This document shows, one piece after another, positions 1 through 9,324 of a DNA stretch of 64,000 bases; the stretch's first letter is position 1, and every line of letters begins with the position of its first letter. This stretch comes from Candidatus Eiseniibacteriota bacterium. Lineage in GTDB: Bacteria; Eisenbacteria; RBG-16-71-46. The translations under genes and the position numbers were made by a program. The notes beneath the pieces are model-generated. The model had not been told where the DNA came from. It searched no databases and saw only the letters and a program-made list of their open reading frames with translations. The stretch is taken from contig CAVUWA010000002.1 in the NCBI GenBank assembly GCA_963744995.1, forward strand, positions 448,001 through 512,000, in the 5' to 3' direction.

Positions 1-1
1 G

Positions 2-238
2 CGGGCCGACAGCATCCCCGGCCTCGAGATCCTCGCCAACGACGTGCGCTGCACGCACGGCGCGACGATCGGGTACGTCGACGAGGAGCAGATGTACTAT
101 CTGATGGCGCGCGGCCTGCCCGCGAACGTGGCGCAGCGGCTCATCGTGGAAGGTTTTTTCGCGCCCGTGCTGGATCGCATTCCGCTCGAAGCGGTGCGCG
201 AGCGGCTGCGCGGCGAGATCGAGACCAAGATCGGATGA
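2..238 (+). CDS. sufD: Fe-S cluster assembly protein SufD, C-terminal part (truncated by window edge)
   Basis: Frame 2 reads RADSIPGLEILANDVRCTHGATIG..YYLMARG..LIVEGF, typical of the SufD C-terminus; lies directly upstream of sufS. Confidence 0.85.
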   Translation, partial: RADSIPGLEILANDVRCTHGATIGYVDEEQMYYLMARGLPANVAQRLIVEGFFAPVLDRIPLEAVRERLRGEIETKIG

Positions 239-337
239 CGTGCGCGGGGCGGTCCACCCGGGCCGCCCCGACGCGGTTCCCTTCCGGGGCCGGGGCGCGG
301 CGCGTTGCGCGGTGCCGTGCGCCTTCGAGGTTCTGAC

Positions 338-1600
338 ATGACCCATCGCCCGGGCGGCGCCACCGCCGCGCCGATCCACACCTTCGACCCGCTGGTCGTC
401 CGCGAGGATTTCCCGATCCTGCGCGTGAAGGACGGCAAGCGGCTCGTCTACCTCGACAGCGCCGCGACCAGCCAGAAGCCGGACGTCGTGCTGCGGGCGA
501 TGACCGCCTACTACGAAACGCACAACGCCAACATCCATCGCGGGGTCTACCGGATCGCCGAGGAGGCAACCGCGGCCTACGAGGACGCCCGCCGCCGCGT
601 GGCACGCTTCATCAATGCGCGTTCGCCGCGCGAGCTGGTCTTCACCCGCAACAGCACCGAGTCGCTGAACCTGATCGCCTACTCGTATGGCCGCCATTTC
701 CTGAAGCCGGGCGACGCGATCCTCACCACCGAAACCGAGCACCATTCGAACTTCGTGCCCTGGCAGATCCTCGCCAGGGAGCGCGGGCTCGAGATGCGGT
801 TCATTCCCATCGACGGGCACCACGAACTGGACCTGTCCGCACTGCCCGCGCTGCTCGCCGACGGCCGGGTGAAACTCGCGACCGTCGTGCACATCTCCAA
901 CGTGCTCGGCGCGATCAATCCCGTGGCCGAGATCGCGAAGCAGGTGCGGGCCGCCGGCGCGGTGATGGTGATCGACGCCTCGCAGAGCGTGCCGCATTGC
1001 CCGGTGGACGTGCAGGCGCTGGGCGCGGATTTCGTCGCGTTCACCAGCCACAAGATGCTCGGCCCGACCGGCATCGGAGCACTGTGGGCTCGCCGCGAGC
1101 ACCTGGAGGCGATGCCGCCGTTCCTCGCCGGCGGCGAGATGATCCGCGAGGTGAAGCTCGCCGAATCGAAGTGGAACGAGCTGCCGTGGAAATTCGAGGC
1201 CGGCACCATGAGCATCGCCGAGGCGATCGGCTTCGGCGCCGCGGTGCAGTACCTCGAGGGGCTGGGCATGGACGCGGTATTCGCGCACGATCGCGATCTC
1301 GCCGCGTATGCGATGGAGCGACTCACCGGGATTCCGGGGCTGCGAATCCTCGGCCCGCCCGCCGAGCGTCATGCCGGCGCCGTCGCATTCACGATGGGGG
1401 ACGTCCACCCGCACGACATCGCCACGGTGCTCGACGCGGGGAACGTCGCGGTGCGTGCCGGGCACCACTGCACGATGCCGTTGCACGCGAGGCTCGGAGT
1501 GCCCGCATCGACGCGAGCTTCGTTCCACTGCTACTCGGTGCCCGAGGACATCGACCTCATGATCGAAGGTCTCGACCGCGCAAGGAAGATGTTCGCATGA
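338..1600 (+). CDS. sufS: SufS-type cysteine desulfurase
   Basis: YLDSAATSQKP, ANIHRG, SHKM (PLP lysine), FEAGT, RAGHHC motifs; ATG at 338. Confidence 0.95.
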   Translation: MTHRPGGATAAPIHTFDPLVVREDFPILRVKDGKRLVYLDSAATSQKPDVVLRAMTAYYETHNANIHRGVYRIAEEATAAYEDARRRVARFINARSPRELVFTRNSTESLNLIAYSYGRHFLKPGDAILTTETEHHSNFVPWQILARERGLEMRFIPIDGHHELDLSALPALLADGRVKLATVVHISNVLGAINPVAEIAKQVRAAGAVMVIDASQSVPHCPVDVQALGADFVAFTSHKMLGPTGIGALWARREHLEAMPPFLAGGEMIREVKLAESKWNELPWKFEAGTMSIAEAIGFGAAVQYLEGLGMDAVFAHDRDLAAYAMERLTGIPGLRILGPPAERHAGAVAFTMGDVHPHDIATVLDAGNVAVRAGHHCTMPLHARLGVPASTRASFHCYSVPEDIDLMIEGLDRARKMFA

Positions 1601-2007
1601 GCTGGGACGAGCAGCTGTATCGCGAGAACATCCTCGATCACTACAAACGGCCCTCGCACAAGGGCACGATCGAGTCGCCGGACATCACGTACGAGGATTC
1701 GAATCCGCTCTGTGGCGACGTGATCCGGATGGATTTCAAGGTCGCGGACGGCAAGATCGAAGCCGTGCGCTTCAGCGGGCACGGCTGTTCGATCAGCCAG
1801 GCCTCGGCCGACATGCTGTGCGAGAAGCTCGAGGGCATGAGCCTCGAGGACGCGAAGCAGGTGTCGCGGGAGGACATCCTCGAGATGCTCGGCATCGAAC
1901 TGGGCCCGGTGCGGCTCAAGTGCGGCCTGCTGGCCCTGAAGACGCTGAAGGCGGGCGTCTACGGGCTCGATCAGTGGCCCGGCGAGGATGAAGACGAGAG
2001 TTCCTGA
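1597..2007 (+). CDS. sufU: SufU/IscU-like sulfur-transfer scaffold
   Basis: LYRENILDHY, NPLCGD, GCSISQAS, RLKC; ATGA overlap with sufS stop. Confidence 0.92.
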   Translation: MSWDEQLYRENILDHYKRPSHKGTIESPDITYEDSNPLCGDVIRMDFKVADGKIEAVRFSGHGCSISQASADMLCEKLEGMSLEDAKQVSREDILEMLGIELGPVRLKCGLLALKTLKAGVYGLDQWPGEDEDESS

Positions 2008-2047
2008 CCGTGCGCGCGCAGCGGCGCGGCGATTCCAGAGGAGACCG

Positions 2048-2371
2048 ATGAGCCAGACCTCGAGCGGATTCGTGACCGTCGCGAAGACGGGGGAGATTCC
2101 CGAAGGCGGCGTGAAGGTCGTGCGCGTGGACGAGCAGGACATCGCGGTGTTCCTGATCGGTGGCCGCTACTATGCGATCGACGACATCTGCACGCACGAC
2201 GGCGGTCCGCTGGCCGAGGGCACGCTCGAAGGTTGCATCATCGAATGTCCGCGCCACGGCGCGAAGTTCGACGTGACGAACGGAGCAGTGGTCGCGATGC
2301 CCGCGACCGCGCCGGTACCGACCTACGAAGTGAAGGTCGAAGGCGACGACATCAAAGTCGGCTGGGCCTGA
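2048..2371 (+). CDS. Rieske-type [2Fe-2S] ferredoxin
   Basis: CTHDGGPL...CPRHGAKFD Rieske motifs; GAGGAG RBS. Confidence 0.92.
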   Translation: MSQTSSGFVTVAKTGEIPEGGVKVVRVDEQDIAVFLIGGRYYAIDDICTHDGGPLAEGTLEGCIIECPRHGAKFDVTNGAVVAMPATAPVPTYEVKVEGDDIKVGWA

Positions 2372-2413
2372 GCAGCGGCGCACCCCGCGCGGCCCCGGCC
2401 GGAAGGAGACGCG

Positions 2414-2869
2414 ATGAGTGACGAGCAGAAGGACCGCGCCGTGAACCCGCACACCGGTCGGCCGGTGCCGGACGATCCGCCGCGCGAGACGCCCGGGCCG
2501 GCGCCGATGCACCCCGGCCAGGACCTGAAGTCGGAGGCCGCTCCCGCGGCGCCGGCACCCGCGCAGGACCGGGCGCCCTCGCAGCAGGAACTGGCGATCC
2601 GTGCCGCGCTCGAGACGGTGATGGATCCCGAGATCAACCTGTCGGTGATCGATCTCGGCCTGATCCGCGAAATCCGGCTGCTGCCCGAGGTCACGCAGAT
2701 CAAGATGATGCTGACGACGCCGTTCTGCCCCTACGCGCCGCAGCTCATGGCCGACGTGAAGCAGGCCACGATGGGCGTCGTGCCGAAGCTGTGCGAAGTC
2801 GAGATCCTGCCGGATGCATGGAGCCCGGATCTGATGCCGGATCCGGGGCTGCTCGGCTACTCGTTCTAG
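2414..2869 (+). CDS. DUF59/SufT (PaaD-like) metal-sulfur cluster assembly factor
   Basis: DPEINLSVIDLGLI, LTTPFCP, WSPDLM; Pro-rich N-terminal extension. Confidence 0.88.
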   Translation: MSDEQKDRAVNPHTGRPVPDDPPRETPGPAPMHPGQDLKSEAAPAAPAPAQDRAPSQQELAIRAALETVMDPEINLSVIDLGLIREIRLLPEVTQIKMMLTTPFCPYAPQLMADVKQATMGVVPKLCEVEILPDAWSPDLMPDPGLLGYSF

Positions 2870-2886
2870 GTGGCGCGGGGCCGCGG

Positions 2887-3579
2887 CTATGCCGCGACCC
2901 CGAAGATCGCGCCCACGGCGGCCGTCGCCGCCATCGCCAGCGCGCCCCACAGCGTCACGCGACCTGCGCCCGCCGCGACGTTCGCGCCGCCCGTGCGCGC
3001 GGCCAGCCCGCCGAGCGCCGCAAGGCAGACCAATGAACCGGCTGCGACCGACGGGATCATCCATGTGCCCGGCGTGAGCCACGCGGTCACGAGCGGCATG
3101 GTCGCGCCGGCGGCGAAGGTCGCCGCCGATGCCACCGCGGCCTGCAGCGGGCGCGCGGTGTGGATCTCGTTGAGCCCGAGCTCGTCGCGCGCGTGTGCGC
3201 CGAGCGCGTCATGGGCCATGAGCTGCCTCGCGACCTCGTGCGCGAGCCCGGGTTCGAGGCCGCGTCGCTCGTAGATCCCGGCGAGCTCCTGGTGCTCCGA
3301 GTCGAGGTCGGTTTCGAGCTCCAGCCGCTCACGGGCGAGGTCCGCCTTTTCGGTGTCGGCCTGCGAGCTGACCGAAACGTATTCGCCCGCCGCCATGGAC
3401 ATGGCGCCCGCGACGAGGCCGGCGATACCGGCGACCAGTACGGCCTCACGCGCGGCGCTCGCCGCGGCCACGCCCACGACGAGACTCGCCGTAGAAACGA
3501 TGCCGTCGTTCGCGCCCAGGACCGCCGCCCGCAGCCACCCGATGCGATCTGCGTAGTGCCGCTCCGCGTGTGTGCGCAT
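2887..3579 (-). CDS. VIT1/CCC1 family iron/manganese transporter
   Basis: WLRAAVLGANDGIVS, AMSMAAGEYVSVSSQ. Confidence 0.93.
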   Translation of the reverse strand: MRTHAERHYADRIGWLRAAVLGANDGIVSTASLVVGVAAASAAREAVLVAGIAGLVAGAMSMAAGEYVSVSSQADTEKADLARERLELETDLDSEHQELAGIYERRGLEPGLAHEVARQLMAHDALGAHARDELGLNEIHTARPLQAAVASAATFAAGATMPLVTAWLTPGTWMIPSVAAGSLVCLAALGGLAARTGGANVAAGAGRVTLWGALAMAATAAVGAIFGVAA

Positions 3580-3676
3580 GCCGCTCTCCCCGCGGCCGCG
3601 GCCGCGTCATCGACGTTGCCCCCGCTGTGGCGCCGCCGCCCGGAAAGGCCCCGGTGCCCGGCGGGGGGCGTTCCGC

Positions 3677-4270
3677 TCAGCTCCGTTCGTACGCGGCGAG
3701 CCTGGCATCCAGCGCGTCGCGCACGGCAGGCCACTCCTCGCGCAGCACACTGTAGTACACCCAGTCGATCCAGCGTCCGGTGTGGTGTCGGGTGCGCCGT
3801 CTGAGCATGCCCTCTTCCCTGGCGCCCAGTCGCAGTACGGCCGTCCGCGACGGCACGTTGAGCGCGTCGACCCGGAATTCCACGCGCACCACGCTCATCT
3901 GCTCGAACGCGTACGCCAGCATCAGCCGCTTCGCTTCGGTGTTGAACGCGCGCCGCTGACAGTCGCGGGCGAGCCAGGTCCAGCCGATCTCGACGCAGCG
4001 GTCCTGCCGGTCGATGTTGCCGAAGCGCGTGCTGCCGATGACGCGGCCGGTCGCGCGATCGATCGTTGCGAAGGGAATCGCGGTGCCCGCATCGCGCAGT
4101 GCGAGGGCGGTCGCGATGTAGCGCTCGAGCTCTTCTTCGGAGAGGATCTGCGTGAGCGTCCAGCGCCACAGGAGAGGATCGAATGCGACTCGCGCGAGGG
4201 CGGCCGCGTGGCCGCGCGACAGCGGCTCGAGCCGCACGTGGTGGCCTTCGAGGGTGGGCTGCTCGGACAT
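3677..4270 (-). CDS. GNAT (RimJ/RimL-like) N-acetyltransferase
   Basis: VEIGWTWL..NTEAKRLMLAYAFE..N..SRTAVLRLGA.EEG. Confidence 0.88.
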   Translation of the reverse strand: MSEQPTLEGHHVRLEPLSRGHAAALARVAFDPLLWRWTLTQILSEEELERYIATALALRDAGTAIPFATIDRATGRVIGSTRFGNIDRQDRCVEIGWTWLARDCQRRAFNTEAKRLMLAYAFEQMSVVRVEFRVDALNVPSRTAVLRLGAREEGMLRRRTRHHTGRWIDWVYYSVLREEWPAVRDALDARLAAYERS

Positions 4271-4570
4271 TCGGTACGGGCCTCCGGGTCGGGGATGCCG
4301 CACCGCTCGGGCGGAAGACGCGCGAGGCGTCCGGCGCTCACGCCGGCGGGATCCGGGCGGGGAGGATACGCCATTTCGAATGGAATCCGCTGCGATCCCG
4401 CCACGGCGCCAGACGGTCCGCCGCGGAAAGGCGCGAGCGCCGCGGTCTCCCGCGGCGCCTGGCGCCTGACGTTCGAGCCCTTCAGAACGGCGGGCCCGGG
4501 AAGTCCCGTGGACCCGGCCTCGAGAGAACCGGCTCCGATGCCGTGAACCGTCATCCCCGACCGCAGGGCG

Positions 4571-5113
4571 CTACAGGTTGTAGGTAATGCCCCAGTTGAG
4601 CTTCAACTGCCGGTAGTCCGTCACGTGGTGGTACTTGAGCTCGAAGAAGTTGGAGATCTTCGTGGTCAGCGGGACCGACACGCCGGCGAGCGCCGCCAGA
4701 CCGCCCTTGGTCAGGGAGTCGTTCGCCTCGATCAGCCCGAGGCTCGGTGCGTTCACGGTCGCAGACAGGAAGTGGACTGCGAGCCCGGCGCCCAGGTAGG
4801 GCTCCCAGCCGTCGCGGTAGAACACGTAGCGCGCGTCCACGCCGAGCGTCGCATCCTTGCGCGTCGATTCGATCCCGAACGCGGAGACGCTGTTCGAATT
4901 CCGCCAGTATTCGATCGTCGGCATGACCTCGATGTTGCGGATCAGCGCCGCGGGGTGGAAGCGCAGTCTGAGCGCAAGGCCCGAAAACGAACTCTGCCCT
5001 TCCTGCATGACGGTGGCGGTGGCGCCGTCGATGCCGGTCAGGTCACCGGCATGGGCCGGGGGGGCGAGGGCGGCCGCGAAGAACAAGACGAACAACGGTA
5101 CGGAAAGGCGCAT
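4571..5113 (-). CDS. Small outer-membrane beta-barrel protein
   Basis: Signal peptide ending AHA, alternating amphipathic strands, PYLGAG, C-terminal WGITYNL; GGAG RBS. Confidence 0.75.
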   Translation of the reverse strand: MRLSVPLFVLFFAAALAPPAHAGDLTGIDGATATVMQEGQSSFSGLALRLRFHPAALIRNIEVMPTIEYWRNSNSVSAFGIESTRKDATLGVDARYVFYRDGWEPYLGAGLAVHFLSATVNAPSLGLIEANDSLTKGGLAALAGVSVPLTTKISNFFELKYHHVTDYRQLKLNWGITYNL

Positions 5114-5549
5114 GCCAGACTCCTTGCGAGGATCCTTCCTCGGCATCGTGACGGGCACGGTGCATGGCCGTGCCGAATCCATTCGGCGGGGGAGCCGCAT
5201 GCGGACTATAGCCGGGAGGGGCCCGGGAGTGCCAGTGCGATCGGAGTGCTGCGCGCTCGTGAACCCGGCCCGATTCCGGTCGGGGCGAAAACGGCGGGCG
5301 CGAAGAGACGGGCGCCCCGTCCAGGGCCGCTGCACCGCCGAGGGGTGGTCGGCGCCGCGAACCGCTGGACGGGTGCGCACCACCGGTGGACCGAATCTGC
5401 ACGAGCGCTTCGGTTCGCCATCTCCGGCCGTCCTGATCCGCACCGGGCCGTGTCGGATGCGCCGCCGAGGGGTGCGACGTCCGTCACGGTGTGAGCGGTG
5501 CGGACCAGGTCCGCCGGCACACCGGTCTATCTACTGACGACTCCTGCCG

Positions 5550-6003
5550 CTGCGGTCGAAACCAACTCGAGCCGGACGCGGCCCATGAAGGAGTGAGGGG
5601 CGCTCCTCACGGGCCCGGCCGGGATGGCATCCCGGTCGTCGAACGTCCGGTTCGATGACCCGGCCGACCGCGCCGGGGAGGTGTCGTCGTCGAGGGCGGG
5701 GAGTTGGCCGGCGCGGTGTGAACCGCGTGCACTGCGTCCGGCCGCGCCGCCGCGATCGGCCGCGAAGGCCGACGTCGGCTCGAAGCGCCCTGGGGGGCGA
5801 TCCATGGATGAAGGCTGCGCTTCACTGGCCATCTCCGACACTCGAGGGGTCGAATCGGGAATGCCCCGTGCGTGGTGCGGGGTATGCGAACTTCCTCTTT
5901 CGAAAACCATGTCACCTGAACGAGAGATCCGGACGACCCGATGGGCGCCGCCGGGCGACCGTTCATGCAGGCCCATAGCAAGGGCTTTGCCACCATGGTG
6001 GTA
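5550..6003 (+). ncRNA. Candidate structured non-coding RNA (family unknown)
   Basis: No credible ORF; nested inverted repeats seen by eye, with G-U pairs favouring the + strand. Confidence 0.35.
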
Positions 6004-6175
6004 TCCCTCGCCACGATCCTCGGGTTCGGGAATCGCCGACGATGAGCCGACGCGATGACAATGACTTGGGCGTGGGGCCCGGGAGAACCTGCCGGCGCCC
6101 GACGCGCGCCGGTCGGGCTCGGGCCGGTACGGGGAGCGGCCGGGGCGGGCCCGCGTCCGGTAGGAAACCGACCGG

Positions 6176-6908
6176 CTAGTCCACCTCGCGGATCCGGTAG
6201 CGCACGAGCCGCGATCTGAGCCACAGCACGCCGATGAGATCGGCGATGCCGCGCCACAGTCGATTGCCGAGTCCGTACTTCGACGTCCCCATGCGGCGGG
6301 CGCGATGGTGCACGTCGACCTCGACGAAGCGCGCGCCACGCAGCACGCACAACGCCGGCAGGAAACGGTGCGCGCCGACGAACAGCGGCATCGCTTCGAG
6401 CACCTCGCGGCGGTAGGCCTTGAGCGAGCAGCCGATGTCCGTGATCGGATCGCCGAGGACGCCGCGTCGCACGCCGTTCGCGACCCTGGACGACACCCGC
6501 CGCATCCAGGTGTCGTTGCGCTCGCGGCGCACGCCGGACACGACATCCGCGTATCGCGAGGGCCGCGAGCAGGCGCGGGATGTCGGCGGGATCGTTCTGC
6601 AGATCGGCGTCCATCGTGACGATCGTTTCGCCGCCCGCGCGCAGCAGGCCGGCCGCCAGCGCGGCGCTCTGCCCGGAACGCTCCTCGAGCAGCACCGGCC
6701 GCACGCGCGGATCCCGGCGCGATTCGGCGAGCAGCCGCTCCGCGGTACCGTCGCCGCTGCCGTCGTCCACGAGCACCAGTTCGGCGGGAGCGTCGATGCT
6801 CGCCAGCGCCCGGCGCAGCTCGTCCAGCAGCGGATCGAGGTTCTCGATCTCGCGGTAGGCGGGAATCACGATCGAAACGAGGCCCTTCTGGCGTGCCGGT
6901 CCGTGCAT
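6176..6908 (-). pseudogene. GT2 polyprenol-phosphate glycosyltransferase with a frameshift near 6554 (pseudogene or sequence error)
   Basis: N-half VSIVIPAY..VDDGS.DGT..DADLQNDP continues after a 1-nt shift as YADVVSGVR..DIGCSLKAYRR..HRFLP..SKY. Confidence 0.85.
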
Positions 6909-7103
6909 AGGCGGGACAGCATGGCAGACCCGGGGCGTGCGGACCAGCCGGGGCCCGCCGGGCGCGGGGCATCTCACCCGCGGCCGGCGGGCGCGGATCC
7001 GCTGCGGCCGCGTCGGATCCGGGCTCCGCGCGCGCCCGCGCCCGCCGCCTGGTCTTCCCGCGCCGTTGCCGGCCGGCTGCGGCTGTGCTAGATACTCGCC
7101 CTC

Positions 7104-7814
7104 GTGCGAACCTCGACCCGCGGCAGGGACGCCGCAGGAGGCCGGCGCGCGAGACTCCGCCGGAGCGCCCTCGAACAGCTCGCGTTCGACCTCGGCCCCG
7201 AGTGTCCGCGCTGGAGCCTGTCGCGGCTCGTGCAGCGCTCGCCGCATCGCGAGCGCATCCTCGAGCGGGTCGAATTCGTGCGGCGGTTCTTCCCCGAGCT
7301 CGACGGCTGCACGGTGCGCCTCGGCCTCGCGCAGAAGCCCGGCGTGCTCGGCTGGGGCTCGCTCGATCCCGACCAGCCCGGGATCTGGGTGCGACCCAAG
7401 CGCCTCGACTATTTCACGGTCGCGCACGAGTTCACGCACCTGCTGCAGGCGCGCCGGCTGGTGCCGGGCGGCGAGCGGCAGTGCGATCTCCACGCGCTCG
7501 CACGCTCGCCCATGCTGGTGGACGCGCCGCCGGGCTACCTCGCCCTGCCGCGCGGACTGCGCGCCAAACGCCGTCTCACCGCGCGTGAATCGGGCTATCT
7601 CTGCGACGCGGCGCGCCGCGCGCTCGCCGCGCGCGCCGCCGGCGAGCGGCGTTACCTCAAGCGCTTCGAGCAGGAGGTCGCCGACGCCTGGCGCGCCGGC
7701 GCGCTCGGGGCGCGTGGGCGTCCGCCGGCCGTGCGCGCGGCGGTGGACTCGCTCAAGCTCGGCCTCGACTTCGTCCGCGCCCGGATCCGTGCCGCCGCCG
7801 AATCGCTGCCGTGA
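7104..7814 (+). CDS. Hypothetical protein with HExxH (zincin-like) motif
   Basis: VAHEFTHLLQ followed by ERQCD; stop overlaps NUDIX start; start codon uncertain. Confidence 0.6.
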   Translation: MRTSTRGRDAAGGRRARLRRSALEQLAFDLGPECPRWSLSRLVQRSPHRERILERVEFVRRFFPELDGCTVRLGLAQKPGVLGWGSLDPDQPGIWVRPKRLDYFTVAHEFTHLLQARRLVPGGERQCDLHALARSPMLVDAPPGYLALPRGLRAKRRLTARESGYLCDAARRALAARAAGERRYLKRFEQEVADAWRAGALGARGRPPAVRAAVDSLKLGLDFVRARIRAAAESLP

Positions 7815-8212
7815 ACGCGGACCGCATCCGCGTGGTCGCGGCGGTCGTGTTCGACGGCGAGCGGCTGCTCATGACCCAGCGGCCGCCCGGCGACCCGCTC
7901 GCGTTGCTGTGGGAGTTCCCGGGCGGCAAGATCGAGCCCGGCGAGACGCCCGCCGAAGCGCTGGTGCGCGAAGTGCGCGAGGAGCTAGGAGTCGGCGCGG
8001 CGGCCGGCCAGACGATGGCTGTTGAGCGTTTCGACTACGATCACGGACCGCGGGTCGAGATCCACTTCGTCCGCGTCACGCTGGAGGACACGCATTTCAC
8101 GCCGAACGCCGCGGTGCACGCGGTGCGCTGGGTGCGGCCCGCGGACGTCACTCTCGGCGACGTGCTGGAGGCGGATCGGCCGTTCCTCGAGCGCCTCGGG
8201 GCGTGCGGCTAG
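7811..8212 (+). CDS. MutT-like NUDIX hydrolase
   Basis: WEFPGGKIEPGETPAEALVREVREELG Nudix box. Confidence 0.92.
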   Translation: MNADRIRVVAAVVFDGERLLMTQRPPGDPLALLWEFPGGKIEPGETPAEALVREVREELGVGAAAGQTMAVERFDYDHGPRVEIHFVRVTLEDTHFTPNAAVHAVRWVRPADVTLGDVLEADRPFLERLGACG

Positions 8213-8236
8213 TCCAGGCTGGATTCGGAGAGACCC

Positions 8237-8404
8237 ATGGCGTTACCGGAAGGGCTGCAATTCCTGAAACTCGGCTGGTGGCTGATCCACGCCGTCACGG
8301 TGTGGCTCGTGTACCTGTGGGGCTATCGCAACGGGCGCAGCGTCGAGCGGCGCATCCAGCGCGAGCGGCGGCCCCGGGTGGAGAAGACCCATGGCGGAGT
8401 CTGA
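8237..8404 (+). CDS. 55-aa single-pass membrane microprotein (absent from ORF track)
   Basis: GGAG RBS + ATG; MALPEGLQFLKLGWWLIHAVTVWLVYLWGYRNGRSVERRIQRERRPRVEKTHGGV; fills the gap between NUDIX and SDR. Confidence 0.65.
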   Translation: MALPEGLQFLKLGWWLIHAVTVWLVYLWGYRNGRSVERRIQRERRPRVEKTHGGV

Positions 8405-9167
8405 GCGCTTCAAGGATCGCGTGGTGCTGGTCACGGGGGCGAGCAGCGGCATCGGCCGCGCGTGCGCGGAGCGCTTCGCCGCCGAGGGCGCGAAGATCGT
8501 CGCCGGCGGCCGCCGGCGCGAGCGGCTCGACGCGCTCGCGGATGCGTTCGCGCGCTCGGGCGGCGAGACGCAGGTCGTCACCGGCGACGTGCGCGACGAA
8601 GCCGTGTGCCGCTCGTGGGTGCAGGCGGCGGTCGAGCGGTTCGGCCGGCTGGACGGGCTGGTGCAGGCTGCGGGCGTGATCGGCAACACCGGGGCACTCG
8701 ACACCGAGCCCGCGGAGTGGGACCGGATCATGGACTCCAACCTGCGCTCGCTGTATCTGATGACCCGCGCCGCGGCGCAGGCGCTGATCGCGTCGAAGGG
8801 CTCGATCGTCAACATCTCCTCGGTGGGAGGTCTCAGACCCTACGGCGGCATCACGCCGTACTGCGTGAGCAAGGCCGGCGTGGACATGCTGACGCGGTGC
8901 ACCGCGCTCGAATTCGCACCGCACGGCGTGCGGGTGAACGCGGTGAATCCAGGCGTGGTGCGCACCGAGCTGCACACGGTGACGAACGCCGTGCCGGAGT
9001 ACCAGGCGTTCCTCGAACGCTCGAAGGTGACGCACCCGATCGGTCGCTACGGGGAGGCGCCGGAAGTCGCGGCGCTGGTGGCGTTCCTCATGAGCGACGA
9101 GGCCGGCTGGATCACCGGCGGCACGTTCTCGATCGACGGCGGGCGGGCCCTGGCCAGCGCGCGCTGA
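8391..9167 (+). CDS. Short-chain dehydrogenase/reductase
   Basis: TGASSGIG, NISS, YCVSK, RVNAVNPG. Confidence 0.93.
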   Translation: MAESERFKDRVVLVTGASSGIGRACAERFAAEGAKIVAGGRRRERLDALADAFARSGGETQVVTGDVRDEAVCRSWVQAAVERFGRLDGLVQAAGVIGNTGALDTEPAEWDRIMDSNLRSLYLMTRAAAQALIASKGSIVNISSVGGLRPYGGITPYCVSKAGVDMLTRCTALEFAPHGVRVNAVNPGVVRTELHTVTNAVPEYQAFLERSKVTHPIGRYGEAPEVAALVAFLMSDEAGWITGGTFSIDGGRALASAR

Positions 9168-9324
9168 GGGCGCGGGCCGGCAGCCGGCGGCCTCGAATCC
9201 GAAGCCGCGGCCCGGCAGGGCGAAAGCCGCCCGCCAGGGCGGCATCCGCGGGGCCGGGCGGTGCCGGCGGGGGCCCGCAGAACGACGTGGGGAAGGGCAC
9301 GGCCGCCGCCGATAACGACGGGGC

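Noticed and set aside
5161..5175. Sigma54-like CGGCACGGCCATGC upstream of the beta-barrel gene
   Set aside because: GG-GC spacing is 9 nt rather than the required 10.
5860..6100. Fragments resembling c-di-GMP-I (GCAAAGCC), RNase P (GAGGAAGTTC) and cobalamin (GAGAACCTGCC) RNAs
   Set aside because: The companion conserved motifs are missing and the orientation does not fit a regulated gene.
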